DNA of 62,472 nucleotides, filler included, from Nemertoderma westbladi (lineage: Eukaryota; Animalia; Xenacoelomorpha): the NCBI GenBank assembly GCA_032718475.1. It is 4 parts of 4 records of this genome, joined end to end, with 100 filler letters (N's around TTAATTAATTAA, not from the genome) between each part and the next. Parts side by side here need not be neighbours in the genome. Positions count along the whole stretch, not along the records: positions 9,779 to 35,925 come from JAUCBJ010000626.1; positions 36,026 to 52,995 come from JAUCBJ010002618.1; 2 more parts are not named here. One strand, 5' to 3'. A program made the translations under genes and the position numbers. This document shows positions 26,172 to 39,612 of the stretch, piece by piece. The notes under the pieces were generated by a model. That model had not been told where the DNA came from and did not search any database. It saw nothing but the letters and a program-made list of their open reading frames with translations. The first letter of the stretch is position 1, and every line of letters begins with the position of its first letter.

Positions 26172-29100
26172 TGGGTGTTGATATATTTAATTCATCCGGT
26201 TTAGCAAATTATATAAAACTTGAGGATAAGTTAAAGTGCCGTATTGTAGCTGTGGGTGGAAACGTTCTAGAACAGGCAGGTACCTTTAAGGCGACTGTTG
26301 TTGTTGGTGATCATTCAGCGACAACAGTATTTGTTGTTTGTTTTGACGTCATTGGTTGCTACTTATCACTGGAAACTTGCAGAAACCTAACAATTGTAAG
26401 TCCAACATTTCCACATCCTATGGAACATGCTCTCACAATAAATAATATTCATAGTGACCATGAACAGCTATACATTGTAGACGAGATCACTAAAGTTAGT
26501 CCTATCGCCACCGACATAGAAAATGATGTTTCTGAAACTTGGTCAGACCGGTAGACTTGGATTAAAACACTTCCCGAAGACGATCACTTGTTACGAAAAA
26601 CCAGTGATGAAATAACTGAAAAATTACTTTCAGTATATTCAAAAGTATTTAATGCCACTGATACACTACGCCCAATGAAAGGTAAAATAGTAGGATCCCC
26701 CATGTCAATCACACTCAAACCCGACGCCAAACCTTACGCTGTACACACAGCACGACTTATCCCATATGCCATACGAGATAAGGTTAAGGAAAACCTTGAT
26801 TACATGGTACAGAGTAAGATTATCGAACCTGTGGGTGATGTGCCAACTGAGTGGTGCCACCCTATTGTAGTGACACCCAAACCAAATGGGGACATTCGAC
26901 TTTGCGTCGATCTTACGAAATTAAATGCACAAGTGCTGAGAACATCTTACCACACCAAAACTCCCATAGAGGCTATTGCGGGATTTACCAATGATGACAA
27001 GTTTTTTGCCAAACTAGATTTTGTGAAAGGTTATTACCTCTCGATTTTTCAGCTCAAAATTTGACGATTTTTATAACCCCTTTCGGCAAATTTAAATTTC
27101 TTCGGTCACCAATGGGTTTTGTTTCCACAGGAGACAGCTACTCCTTCCGTGGGGATTGTGCACTTATAGACTTAAATGTACAAAAGGTAATCGATGATAT
27201 TGGTATAGGTGCCCCTACATTACATAGCCTCATTCGATTGGTATGCAATGTTCTAGAACGATGTGCACGACATAACATCACTGTTAGTAAACATAAATCA
27301 ATCCTCTGCGCGGAAGAAATCGAATTTGTCGGCTACATAATTTCTCATGGTAATATTTCAGTTAATGGTACGAAATTAAAAGCTATTGCAGAATTTCCAA
27401 CACCAACAACTAGGTCTGATTTACGTAGTTTTCTTGGTCTTGTAAACCAATTGGGCTCGTTCAGTTCTCAAATAGCAGCTGCAGTAAGCCCATTACGGGA
27501 TCTAATCAGCACAAAAAATGAATTCAATTGGTTAATAGAGCATTCCATTGCTTTCAAAGAAGTTAAAAAACTTTTAGTGTCTCCGCCGATATTGGGAATG
27601 TTTGACCCCTCATGTGAGGCAGTCCTCCAAACTGATGCTTCAAGGAAGTATGGACTAGGGTTTGTTTCGTTACAAAAACAATCCGATAAATGGAGACTCA
27701 TCCAGTGTGGAAGCCGTTTTTTAAAGGATGCAGAGACAAGATACGCGATGCTGGAACTTGAAGCGTTGGCAATTTTGTGGTCAATTCGAAAATGCCATTT
27801 ATATTTGGGAGGACTCCCTGATTCACCGTGATTACAGATCACCAACCTTTGGTGTCCATTTTTAATAAATATGGATTAGTTGATATCGATAATAACCGGG
27901 TATTAAATTATCGATCCAAATTGACGCCATACACATTCAATGTTATTTGGAAAAAGGGGAAAGACAATGCGATCCCAGATGCCCTCTCCCGTGCTCCCAT
28001 CGAGGATATAGATATTGAAAACGAAGAGTCTGAATCATTAGCAATTGAGCAGGAAGTTTTATTTGTCAATGCTATAGAAGAAGCCGTACATAACATCCCT
28101 GACTTAACTCTAGAAAAATTGCAGGAATCCGCCCACTTAGATCCCGATTATCAGCAGCTTATAAACGCGATAGTAAATAGTTTTGCTAACGTCGATAACA
28201 AATATATCAATCAATTCAAAAAATCACAAAACGAACTTTATGTTAAGGATGGTCTTATACTTAGAGGTCAACAGATAGTTATACCACCCTCAGCCATAAA
28301 AGATGTTTTGCGAAAGCTGCATGCCAGCCATCAGGGCATAGAAAGAACCAAACGCCGTGCTCGTCAATGCGTGTTTTGGCCTGGTTATTCTTCTGATATA
28401 AAGTCAACAGTAGAAGCATGTACTGCGTGCCAACGTTATCAACCATCTCAGATTATAGAACCTATGTTACATCACGTTATACCGTCCCGGGCTTTTGCTT
28501 CAGTATCAGCCGATTTCTTCCAGTATGCTAGCCACCACTATGTTGTTTATGTTGACAGATACTCCGGTTACATTATTGTTGAGAAGTTTAATCACCCACC
28601 TTCGGCAACAGATACTATAAAGGTATTCCAGAAGTTATTCTCTATGTATGGTGTTCCTAATATTATCACAACGGATAATGGCCCTCAGTTTACTGCAGAA
28701 CAAACACGTTGTTTCTTTCAGAACTGGGGTGTTAAATGGAACCCGTCTTCGCCGTATCACCCTATTGGAAACGGTCATGCGGAAGTTAATGTGAAAAAAG
28801 TAAAACTTTTATTGGCGAAAACTGGTGGCGAGATTTATAGTAAAGATTTCTCAGCCGGTTTATTAGAGTTACATAACACCCCCAATGAGGACGGATTATC
28901 GCCAGCACAGCGATTATATGGCCATCCACTACGCTCCCTTTTACCCGCGCATTGGAAAGCTTATTCACCTGAGTGGCAGAAAAATGCTGATTCTGCAGAT
29001 CACAGCCGATTGAATACGTCAGAGAAACGCAAATTTTATTTTGACCGTTCGGCTGTCGCCCTCACAAATATAGTGGAAGGCGCAACCGTACTCGTACAGG

Positions 29101-29366
29101 ATGTTATTTCAAAACGTTGGGATAGACTGGCAATCGTTGTGGGAACAACAAACCACCGTCGATACCGACTACGATTCCCATCAGGACGACTTCTATGGCG
29201 CAATCGGGCCCATATACGTGCAGTTCAGAAAGAGTTACTGCAATCTCCTCCAGACAATAATAAACTATCGAATACCAAACCAAAAGTCGCAGATACTGTA
29301 TGGCGTAGTAATCGTCCACACATCAAGCCAGACCGATTACAGTACCATAAACTGGGAGGTTGCTAG
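26171..29366 (+). pseudogene. Gypsy pol (protease, RT, RNase H, integrase) broken into four ORFs
   Basis: RT motifs WCHPIVVTPKPNGDIRLCVDL, SPMGF and KVIDD. RNase H motifs TDAS and YAMLELEALA. Integrase HHCC, TDNGPQF and NGHAE. In-frame TAG at 26552; frameshifts near 26160, 27040 and 27820. Confidence 0.92.
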
Positions 29367-29447
29367 ATCTGCTTTCCCCAACGGATATTGGACACTTTAT
29401 TTTTTAAATAGATCCACTTGTTCCATGTAGATCTCAAAAAAGAGGAC

Positions 29448-29633
29448 TTGGTATGATATCATTTATTGGTATTGGTGGAGGGACATTATTTACATTATTA
29501 ATAGTAGTCAATTACATTAGGATGCCGTACAGCTGATAGTGCTATTATATGTGTTCACTTGTGTATGTATATAGAACAGGGATGGGGAGATAATATATAG
29601 TATCTTGAATATCAAATAAATACTTTGTAAACA
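29448..29633 (+). repeat. 3' LTR of the Gypsy element
   Basis: Direct repeat of the 5' LTR, preceded by a polypurine tract. Confidence 0.9.
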
Positions 29634-32071
29634 TACTACTGACGATAGCATATAACACGTTCGTGGGGCCTTTGGGAGACTACTGACGATAGCAGATAAC
29701 ACGTTCATGGGGCCTTCGGGAGACTACTGACGATAGCAGATAACACATTCACGGGGCCTTCGGGAGACTACTGGCGATAGCAGATAACATGTTCGTGGGG
29801 CCTTCGGGAGACTACTGGCGATAGCAGATAACACGTTCGTGTGGCCTTTGGGAGACTACTGACAATAGCAGATAACACGCTCATGGTGCCTTCAGGAGAC
29901 TACTGACGATAACAGATAACATGTTCGTGGGGCCATTGGGAGACTACTGACGATAGCAGATAACACGTTTGGGGGGCCTTTGGGAGACTACTGACGATAG
30001 CAGATAACACGTTCGTGGGGCCTTTGGGAGACTACTGACGATACCAGATAACACGTTCACGGGGCCTTAGTGAGACTACTGACGATAGCAGATAACACGT
30101 TCGTGGGGCCTTCGGGAGACTACTGACAATAGCAGATAACACGTTCACAGGGCCTTTAGGAGATACTGGTGATAGCAGATAACACGTTCGTGGGGCCATT
30201 GGGAGACTACTGACAATAGCAGATAACACGTTGGTGGGGCCTTCGGGAGACTACTGGCGATAGCAGATAACACGTTTGTGGGGCCTTCGGGAGACTACTG
30301 ACGATAGCAGATAACACGTTCACGGGGCCTTTGGGAGACTACTGTCGATAGCAGATAACACATTCGTGGGGCCTTCGGGAGACTACTGATGATAGCAGAT
30401 AACACGTTCGTGGGGCCTTTGGGAGACTACTGACGATAACAGATAACATGTTCGTGGGGCCATTGGGAGACTACTGACGATAGCAGATAACACGTTTGGG
30501 GGGCCTTTGGGAGACTACTGACGATAGCAGATAACACGGTCGTGGGGCCTTTGGGAGACTACTGACGATACCAGATAACACGTTCACGGGGCCTTAGTGA
30601 GACTACTGACGATAGCAGATAACACGTTCGTGGGGCCTTCGGGAGACTACTGACAATAGCAGATAACACGTTCACGGGGCCTTTAGGAGATACTGGCGAT
30701 AGCAGATAACACGTTCGTGGGGCCATTGGGAGACTACTGACAATAGCAGATAACACGTTGGTGGGGCCTTCGGGAGACTACTGACGATAGCAGATAACAC
30801 GTTCATGGGACCTTTGGGAGACTACTGGCGATAGCAGATAACATGTTCATGGGGCCTTCGGGAGACTACTGACTATAGCAGATAACACTTTTGTGTGGCC
30901 TTTGGGAGACTACTGGCGATAGCAGATAACATGTTCATGGGGCCTTCGGGAGACTACTGACGATAGCAGATAACACTTTTGTGTGGCCTTTGGGAGACTA
31001 CTGGCGATAGCAGATAACACGTTCGTGGGGCCTTCGGGAGACTACTGATGATAGCAGATAACACGTTCACAGGGCCTTTGGGAGACTACTGGCGATAGCA
31101 GATAACACGTTCACGGGGCCTTTGGGAGACTACTGGCGATAGCAGATAACACATTGGTGGGGCCTTCGGGAGACTACTGGCGATAGCAGATAACACGTTC
31201 ACGGGGCCTTTGGGAGACTACTGATGATAGCAGATAACATGTTCACGGGGCTTTCGGGAGACTACTGACGATAGTAGATAACACGTTTGTGGGGCCTTTG
31301 GGAGACTACTGACGATAGCAGATAACACATTCACGGGGCCTTCGGGAGACTACTGGCGATAGCAGATAACATGTTCGTGGGGCCTTCGGGAGGCTACTGG
31401 CGATAGCAGATAACACTTTTGTGTGGCCTTTGGGAGACTACTGGCGATAGCAAATAACACGTTCGTGGGGCCTTCGGGACACTACTGACAATAGCAGATA
31501 ACACGTTCGTGGGGCCTTTGGGAGACTACTGACGATAGCAGATAACACGTTCGTTGGGCCTTCGGGAGACTACTGATGATAGCAGGCCTTTGGGAGACTA
31601 CTGATGATAGCAGATAACATGTTAATGGGACCTTCGGGAGACTACTGGCGATAGCAGATTACACTTTTGTGTGGCCTTTGGGAGACTACTGGCGATAGCA
31701 GATAACACGTTCGTGGGGCCTTTGGGAGACTACTGGCGATAGCATATAACACTTTTGTGTGGCCTTTGGGAGACTGGTGGCGATAGCAGATAACACGTTC
31801 GTGGGGCCTTTGGGAGACTACTGACAATAGCAGATAACACGTTCGTGGGGCCTTCGGGAGACTACTGACGAAGGCAGATAACACGTTTGTGGGGTCTTCT
31901 GGAGACTACTGACGATAGCAGATAACACGTTTGTGGGGCCTTTGGGAGACTACTGACGATAGCAGATAACACATTCGTGTGGCCTTCGGGAGACTACTGA
32001 CGATAGCAGATAACATGTTCGTGGGGCCTTCGGGAGACTACTGACGATAGCAGATAACGCGTTTGTGGGGC
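29634..32071 (+). repeat. 44-bp minisatellite, right block
   Basis: Same unit as 23449-24364, about 55 copies, with an internal 527-bp block duplication. Confidence 0.95.
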
Positions 32072-32169
32072 AGCACAAGGCTCATTTATGACAACAAATT
32101 ACAATTAAGCGATTCTATCACGAAATCGGTAGGGGACAGTTTCTCCCCATCTAGTAGAGGCATATGTAT

Positions 32170-35100
32170 GATACCGGGGTCCCGTTTGTGTGTTTAATCA
32201 TTACTGATACCGGGGTCCCGTTTGTGTGTTTAATCATTACCGATACCGGGGTCCCGTTTGTGTGTTTAATCATTACTGATACCGGGGTCCCGTTTGTGTG
32301 TTTAATCATTACCGATACCGGGGTCCCGTTTGTGTGTTTAATCATTACTGATACCGGGGTCCCGTTTGTGTGTTTAATCATTACCGATACCGGGGTCCCA
32401 TTTGTGTGTTTAATCATTACCAAATACCGGGGTCCCGTTTGTGTGTTTAATCATTACCGATACCGGGGTCCTGTTTGTGTGTTTAATCATTACCGATACC
32501 GGGGTCCCGTTCGTGTGTTTAATCATTACCAATACCGGGGTCCCGTTTGTGTGTTTAATCATTACCGATACCGGGGTCCCGTTTGTGTGTTTAATCATTA
32601 CTGATACCGGGGTCCCGTTTGTGTGTTTAATCATTACCGATACCCGGGTCCCGTTTGTGTGTTTAATCATTACCGATACCGGGGTCCCGTTTGAGTATTT
32701 AATCATTACCGATACTGGGGTCCCGTTTGTGTTTTTAATCATTACCGATACCGGGGTCCCGTTTGTGGTTTAAGCATTACCGATACCGGGGTCCCGTTTG
32801 TGTGTTTAATCATTACTGATACCGGGGTCCCGTTTGTGGTTTAAGCATTACCGATACCAGGGTCCCGTTTGTGTGTTTAATCATTACTGATACCGGGGTC
32901 CCGTTTGTGTGTTTAATCATTACTGATACCGGGGTCCCGTTTGTGGTTTAAGCATTACCGATACTGGGGTCCCGTTTGTGTGTTTAATCATTACCGATAC
33001 CAGGGTCCCGTTTGTGTGTTTAATCATTACTGATACCGGGGTCCCGTTTGTGTGTTTAATCATTACTGATACCGGGGTCCTGTTTGTGTGTTTAATCATT
33101 ACTGATACCGGGGTCCCGTTTGTGTGTTTAATCATTACTGATACCGGGGTCCCATTTGAGTATTTAATCATTACCGATACTGGGGTCCCGTTTGTGTTTT
33201 TAATCATTACCGATACCGGGGTCCCGTTTGTGGTTTAAGCATTACCGATACCGGGGTCCCGTTTGTGTGTTTAATCATTACTGATACCGGGGTCCCGTTT
33301 GTGGTTTAAGCATTACCGATACCAGGGTCCCGTTTGTGTGTTTAATCATTACTGATACCGGGGTCCCGTTTGTGTGTTTAATCATTACTGATACCGGGGT
33401 CCCGTTTGTGTGTTTAATCATTACTGATACCGGGGTCCCGTTTGTGTGTTTAATCATTACCGATACCGGGGTCCCGTTTGTGTGTTTAATCATTACTGAT
33501 ACCGGGGTGCCGTTTGTGTGTTTAATCATTACTGATACCGGGGTCCCGTTTGTGTGTTTAATCATTACTGATACCGGGGTCCCGTTTGTGTGTTTAATCA
33601 TTACTGATACCGGGGTCCCGTTTGTGTGTTTAATCATTACTGATACCGGGGTCCCGTTTGTGTGTTTAATCATTACCGATACCGGGGTCCCGTTTGTGTG
33701 TTTAATCATTACCAATACCGGGGTCCCATTTGTGTGTTTAATCATTACCAAATACCGGGGTCCCGTTTGTGTGTTTAATCATTACCGATACCGGGGTCCT
33801 ATTTGTGTTTTTAATCATTACCGATACCAGGGTCCCGTTTGTGTGTTTAATCATTACTGATACCGGGGTCCCATTTGTGTGTTTAATCATTACCGATACC
33901 GGGGTCCCGTTTGTGTGTTTAATCATTACCAATACCGGGGTCCCATTTGTGTGTTTAATCATTACCAAATACCGGGGTCCCGTTTGTGTGTTTAATCATT
34001 ACCGATACCGGGGTCCCGTTTGTGTGTTTAATCATTACCGATACCGGGGTCCCGTTTGTGGTTTAAGCATTACTGATACCGGGGTCCCGTTTGTGTGTTT
34101 AATCATTACTGATACCGGGGTCCCGTTTGTGGTTTAAGCATTACCGATACCAGGGTCCCGTTTGTGTGTTTAATCATTACTGATACCGGGGTCCCGTTTG
34201 TGTGTTTAATCATTACTGATACCGGGGTCCCGTTTGTGTGTTTAATCATTACTGATACCGGGGTCCCGTTTGTGTGTTTAATCATTACCGATACCGGGGT
34301 CCCGTTTGTGTGTTTAATCATTACTGATACCGGGGTCCCGTTTGTGTGTTTAATCATTACTGATACCGGGGTCCCGTTTGTGTGTTTAATCATTACTGAT
34401 ACCGGGGTCCCGTTTGTGTGTTTAATCATTACTGATACCGGGGTCCCGTTTGTGTGATTTTTAATCATTACCGATACCGGGGTCCCGTTTGTGTGTTTAA
34501 TCATTACCGATACCGGGGTCCCGTTTGTGTGTTTAATCATTACCGATACCGGGGTCCCATTTGTGTGTTTAATCATTACCGATACCGGGGTCCCGTTTGT
34601 GTGTTTAATCATTACCAATACCGGGGTCCCGTTTGTGTGTTTAATCATTACCGATACCGGGGTCCCGTTTGTGTGTTTAATCATTACTGATACCGGGGTC
34701 CCGTTTGTGTGTTTAATCATTACCGATACCCGGGTCCCGTTTGTGTGTTTAATCATTACCGATACCGGGGTCCCGTTTGAGTATTTAATCATTACCGATA
34801 CTGGGGTCCCGTTTGTGTTTTTAATCATTACCGATACCGGGGTCCCGTTTGTGGTTTAAGCATTACCGATACCGGGGTCCCGTTTGTGTGTTTAATCATT
34901 ACTGATACCGGGGTCCCGTTTGTGTGTTTAATCATTACCGATACCAGGGTCCCGTTTGTGTGTTTAATCATTACTGATACCGGGGTCCCGTTTGTGTGTT
35001 TAATCATTACTGATACCGGGGTCCCATTTGTGTGTTTAATCATTACCGATACCGGGGTCCCGTTTGTGTGTTTAATCATTACCGATACTCGGGTCCCGTT

Positions 35101-35925
35101 TGTGTGTTTAATCATTACTGATACCGGGGTCCCGTTTGTGTGTTTAATCATTACCGATACCGGGGTCCTATTTGTGTGTTTAATCATTACTGATACCGGG
35201 GTCCCGTTTGTGTGTTTAATCATTACTGATACCGGGGTCCCATTTGAGTATTTAATCATTACCGATACTGGGGTCCCGTTTGTGTTTTTAATCATTACCG
35301 ATACCGGGGTCCCGTTTGTGGTTTAAGCATTACCGATACCGGGGTCCCGTTTGTGTGTTTAATCATTACCGATACCGGGGTCCCGTTTGTGTGTTTAATC
35401 ATTACCGATACCAGGGTCCCGTTTGTGTGTTTAATCATTACCGATACCGGGGTCCCGTTTGTGTGTTTAATCATTACTGATACCGGGGTCCCGTTTGTGT
35501 GTTTAATCATTACCGATACCGGGGTCCCGTTTGTGTGTTTAATCATTACCGATACCGGGGTCCCGTTTGTGTGTTTAATCATTACTGATACCGGGGTCCC
35601 GTTTGTGTGTTTAATCATTACTGATACCGGGGTCCCGTTTGTGTGTTTAATCATTACTGATACCGGGGTCCCGTTTGTGTGTTTAATCATTACTGATACC
35701 GGGGTCCCGTTTGTGTGTTTAATCATTACTGATACCGGGGTCCCGTTTGTGTGTTTAATCATTACCGATACCGGGGTCCCGTTTGTGTGTTTAATCATTA
35801 CCAATACCGGGGTCCCATTTGTGTGTTTAATCATTACCAAATACCGGGGTCCCGTTTGTGTGTTTAATCATTACCGATACCGGGGTCCTATTTGTGTTTT
35901 TAATCATTACCAATACCAGGGTCCC
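32170..35925 (+). repeat. 36-bp minisatellite running to the contig end
   Basis: Unit gataccggggtcccgtttgtgtgtttaatcattac(c/t), roughly 100 highly similar copies. Confidence 0.97.
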
Positions 35926-36025
35926 NNNNNNNNNNNNNNNNNNNNNNNNNNNNNNNNNNNNNNNNNNNNTTAATTAATTAANNNNNNNNNNNNNNNNNNN
36001 NNNNNNNNNNNNNNNNNNNNNNNNN
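35926..36025. other. Artificial contig linker
   Basis: N44-TTAATTAATTAA-N44. Confidence 0.97.
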
Positions 36026-36028
36026 GCA

Positions 36029-38122
36029 CACTAGCGTAGCGAGGGTAGGGTCCCAGGGTCCCGGGACCCTACCGTGGAGATTCCAACTTACACTAACTCT
36101 GAGAGCATTTTGCCATCGTCAAGTTCCGTTAAATTTAAAAAATTATAATGACAAGTACAATAAACCGAATATTAGAAAATATTCGAAGTTGAAGTTGCCT
36201 TGGGAAGGAGCCCGACCCCAGACCAGATACAATCCACATTATCCCAGGCAGGTTGCCAAAGAAAATAAGTAGTAGAAAGGAGACCATTATTATACCCCAT
36301 CAAAGTGTTGTAGCCAGCCCTCCAGCCACACTACCAATAATTCCCTCAGGCAGCCCCCCCCCCCCCCCCCGCCCCCATGATAAGGCATCATAATATCTTA
36401 CAATGTTCTTAGAAACCCAGCTTATTACTTAGGCCTATATTATATAATCTCTCAACCAGTTTAATAGTCTGTAATGTAAAGCAATGAAATGGAACCCAAT
36501 TGACCACTGCAGGAGGGGGGCGCCCACTGGCTCCTGCCTTGGTTTCTGTGCTTTGATTAGACGACGTCGCTGTGCCTTGCCTGTCAAGCAGGGTTCAATA
36601 TATACCAATGAAAGATAGCATAAATAAGATAGGCACTCTACTCTGACTCTGATGTAATATAATGAATTATGTAATTTTTTCTGGGCACACTGACCAACGT
36701 GATTGGAAATTGCGTAGCTTGTCTTGCCGAGTCACAACTAAATAACCTGTGGGTAGCTATGTATTTTAATTCAATATTATTATTATACCATGAAAATTAC
36801 TTTGAAATGTAATTAATTAGAATATTAATTTTTTTCAACAAAAAAAGTTTTTTTTTTACTTTCAACAAATCAAAAAAGTGTATTTAATAATGTACCGGTA
36901 CCATAATTAGTTCAATTTCAAAAAAAGTTTATAAAATAATATACCATGGTGTGGGGTGGGGGATTGTTTCACGAAGCGACATTTAACTAAATGGAAATCG
37001 CCGATTTGTAAATAAGGTATTTAAAAAACGGAAGCACATTTAAATTTTACGTCCCTTAATTTAAATGACATGAATTGAAATTTGCCTACTGTCATTTTGC
37101 AATACTTTTATGTTATCAATACCTGTTGTTATGATTCCATGGTAGTATAGTACTAGTTTTTAAGAATAAGTTAACTGTTCTTAATAGAAATATTATTAAA
37201 TTTACTGAAAAGCCATGACAGCATGACGACCAGACCAGTTGCTATGCCGTATAACTATTTAATGAGTTTAAATGACACATCATTACGTAAATGATTTAAA
37301 GCTAAATGACAGGGGGATAAATGACACGCGAATAGCAGTTTCTTGAAACATAAAAACTTTCTGTTATAATTAAAGTATTATTTTTAATCTTTCCAATTAA
37401 GCCAAATTAAATGACCGTGTGTAAAACAGTCCCCTCAGTTTAATTATAATATTAATTTAATTTATTAATTCAATTTCATTTGTAATTTCAGTAACTTACT
37501 TTATAACTATGATTTTATCATATTAATTCTTAATAGCGGATTTTCTAAATTAGTGGCTTTACTGGGGGAATGAAAATGAACATGTCGCATTACTCAGAAT
37601 GAGTAGTATACCGACTACTGTACTAAAGGCTACAGGTTGGGTGCAACCTTCGCCCGAGTACAACCTTCGCCCGCGTCCACACTTCACCAAGGGGAAAACC
37701 TTCGCCCGCAAGGCAATCTTCCACCTCGAACAACCTTCGCCCAATAAGATTTGTGTTAGTAACCATTTTAGTTACCAATTAAGGGAAAGGAGCAGGTTAC
37801 ATAGACGGCTTCTTCTAACCAAAACAATAAACGATGTTGTTACCAATTTAAGGTAAGGAGCAGGTTACAGAAACGGCTTTTTCTAACCAAAACAATAACT
37901 GTTTAGTTGGCGATGGGTGCTCGCGGGAGAAGATTGTTTGCTGCGTACCCTACTAAACATTACACATCACGTGTGGCGGGCATTTTGTTAAAATTCCAAA
38001 CAATGACACCTGGACTACGCTGGGGGGGAGGGGGGGGGGGACTCTTCCCACAACTACTATAAATATGAATTACAATTTGGGGTCTGGGACCCTACCGTAG
38101 GAAATTCCTGGCTACGCGGCTG
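36029..38122. mobile_element. Non-autonomous hAT-like element
   Basis: Imperfect TIRs CACTAGCGTAGCGAG / CTGGCTACGCGGCTG, with subterminal gggaccctaccgt at both ends. The three visible left-flank bases GCA match the end of the right 8-bp flank GAAGCGCA. Confidence 0.5.
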
Positions 38123-38706
38123 GAAGCGCATAGCTATAAGTAGTGATGAACATCGACATGAACACTGAACAGTTACAAACCCTAGCGAAGGGGGCGTAAC
38201 TATTTATAAATTTAAATTAAAAATTAACAAAAAAAACTCTGTTGATGACGTATTGAAATAATATTTTTATGTTAACGTTGCATTCCCGAGAAACGTACGG
38301 TTTCAGTAGTTAGTTCTTAACTAACATTACTAACTAAGCTTAAAAGTCACATCACAGGAAATCCGTTCTTAAAGCCGGCCCTACATTACACGTACACGCT
38401 CATATATGCAAGCCTGATCCGCACGAGTTCCTTCGAGTTAGTGGGCACAGCCTTGACTATTAGTATGAATCAACACCATTTGGACTCGCGGTATTTTGTA
38501 ATATAATTTATACATAGGCTACTATACATGCAGATTTTAAGCAGTGCCATATGGCTGCAAGTCGAATGGACGCTATTTCAAATACGCGATTTCTGGTATA
38601 AAACAGAGATTAATTATTTTAACACACCATTCACTTGGATGAACTACTAACATACTGTATTTTAATATAAAAACATATTGTGGTTGTTACTTCAGACACT
38701 AGAGTA

Positions 38707-39612
38707 CACCATATCCCAGAATATAGTGTCGTAATTCAGTGACACGCCCCCCCCCCCCCCTAATTTTTCTACAAATCTTAATGAGATTGCATGAAATTTG
38801 AAACAGAGATAGTTTCACCTCCCTACCACTGACTGGGTGAGCCAAAATTTTTATTTTTGCTTTCAATTTTTAGCTACAAGCGTTTAAATAAAGTGTCTCC
38901 AGCGATATTACACCAGTTATACCGCAGTTATTCTTCTACCTTATATGGTACCAATGGAAAGCTGCTCATGCAAGGATTCCAAATATCTAACACAATTTGA
39001 ATTTTGTTGACAAATAGCTGAGATATGGGCGTTCAAATGGTGCATGGTTTTGCACCGGCGCGAGGCTATTTTATTCTATTTAATAAATAAACCATATTCT
39101 GGAACATTTTTTAAATGTATGAATGGCTACGTAATAGTATGATAAAATATGTAATGCATTGTTGCCCAGCTACGTATTTGGATAAACAAAATATTTCAGA
39201 TTATGATGCATTTATTACATAGAATAAAATAGCCTCGCGCCGCCGGTGCAAAACCATGCAACATTTGAAAGCCCATAATATCACAGCGATTTTTCAACGA
39301 AATTCAAATTGTGTTACATATTTGGAATCCTTGCAGGGCCAGCTTTCCATTTGTACCAACAAACAACTATAAGGTAGAAGAATAACTGCGGTGTAACTGG
39401 TGTAATATCGCTGGAGACACTTTTTTAAGCGCTTGTAGCTAAAGATTGAAAGCAAAAATAAAAATTCTGGCTCACCCAATCAGTAGTGGTCGGGAGGTGA
39501 AACTATCTCTGTTTCAAATTTCATGCTATCTCATTACGATTTGTAGAAAACTTAAGGGGGGGGGGGGGGGGGGGGGTGTCACTGAATTACGACACTATTT
39601 TGGGACATGGTG
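38707..39612. mobile_element. Large foldback MITE with TA TSD (Tc1/mariner-like)
   Basis: Inverted arms of about 370 bp starting CACCATaTCCCA / TGGGAcATGGTG, flanked by TA. A partial homolog lies at ~44750-44893. Confidence 0.85.

Larger units (their letters stand above)
24365..29633 (+). mobile_element. Full-length Ty3/Gypsy (Mag-type) LTR retrotransposon with disabled pol
   Basis: Two ~190-bp near-identical LTRs. PBS TGGCGCAG (tRNA-Ser-like) at 24558. PPT aaaaaagaggac before the 3' LTR. Domain order gag-PR-RT-RH-IN. Confidence 0.95.
23347..32154 (+). mobile_element. Probable non-autonomous Helitron-like element carrying the 44-bp minisatellite and the nested Gypsy element
   Basis: The 3' end has hairpin GGGGA-cagtttc-TCCCC (32132-32148) followed by CTAG|T (32151-32155). 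The candidate 5' end A|TCTAAAG at 23346/23347 is less certain. Confidence 0.5.

Noticed and set aside
23449-35925. 44-bp and 36-bp arrays as CRISPR arrays
   Set aside because: The units are head-to-tail with no unique spacers, there are no cas genes, and the context is eukaryotic.
32151-35973. Repetitive ORFs (MIKHTNGTPVSV / CLIITDTGVPFV)
   Set aside because: By-product of a 36-bp unit that is open in several frames on both strands, with frequent frame-breaking variants.
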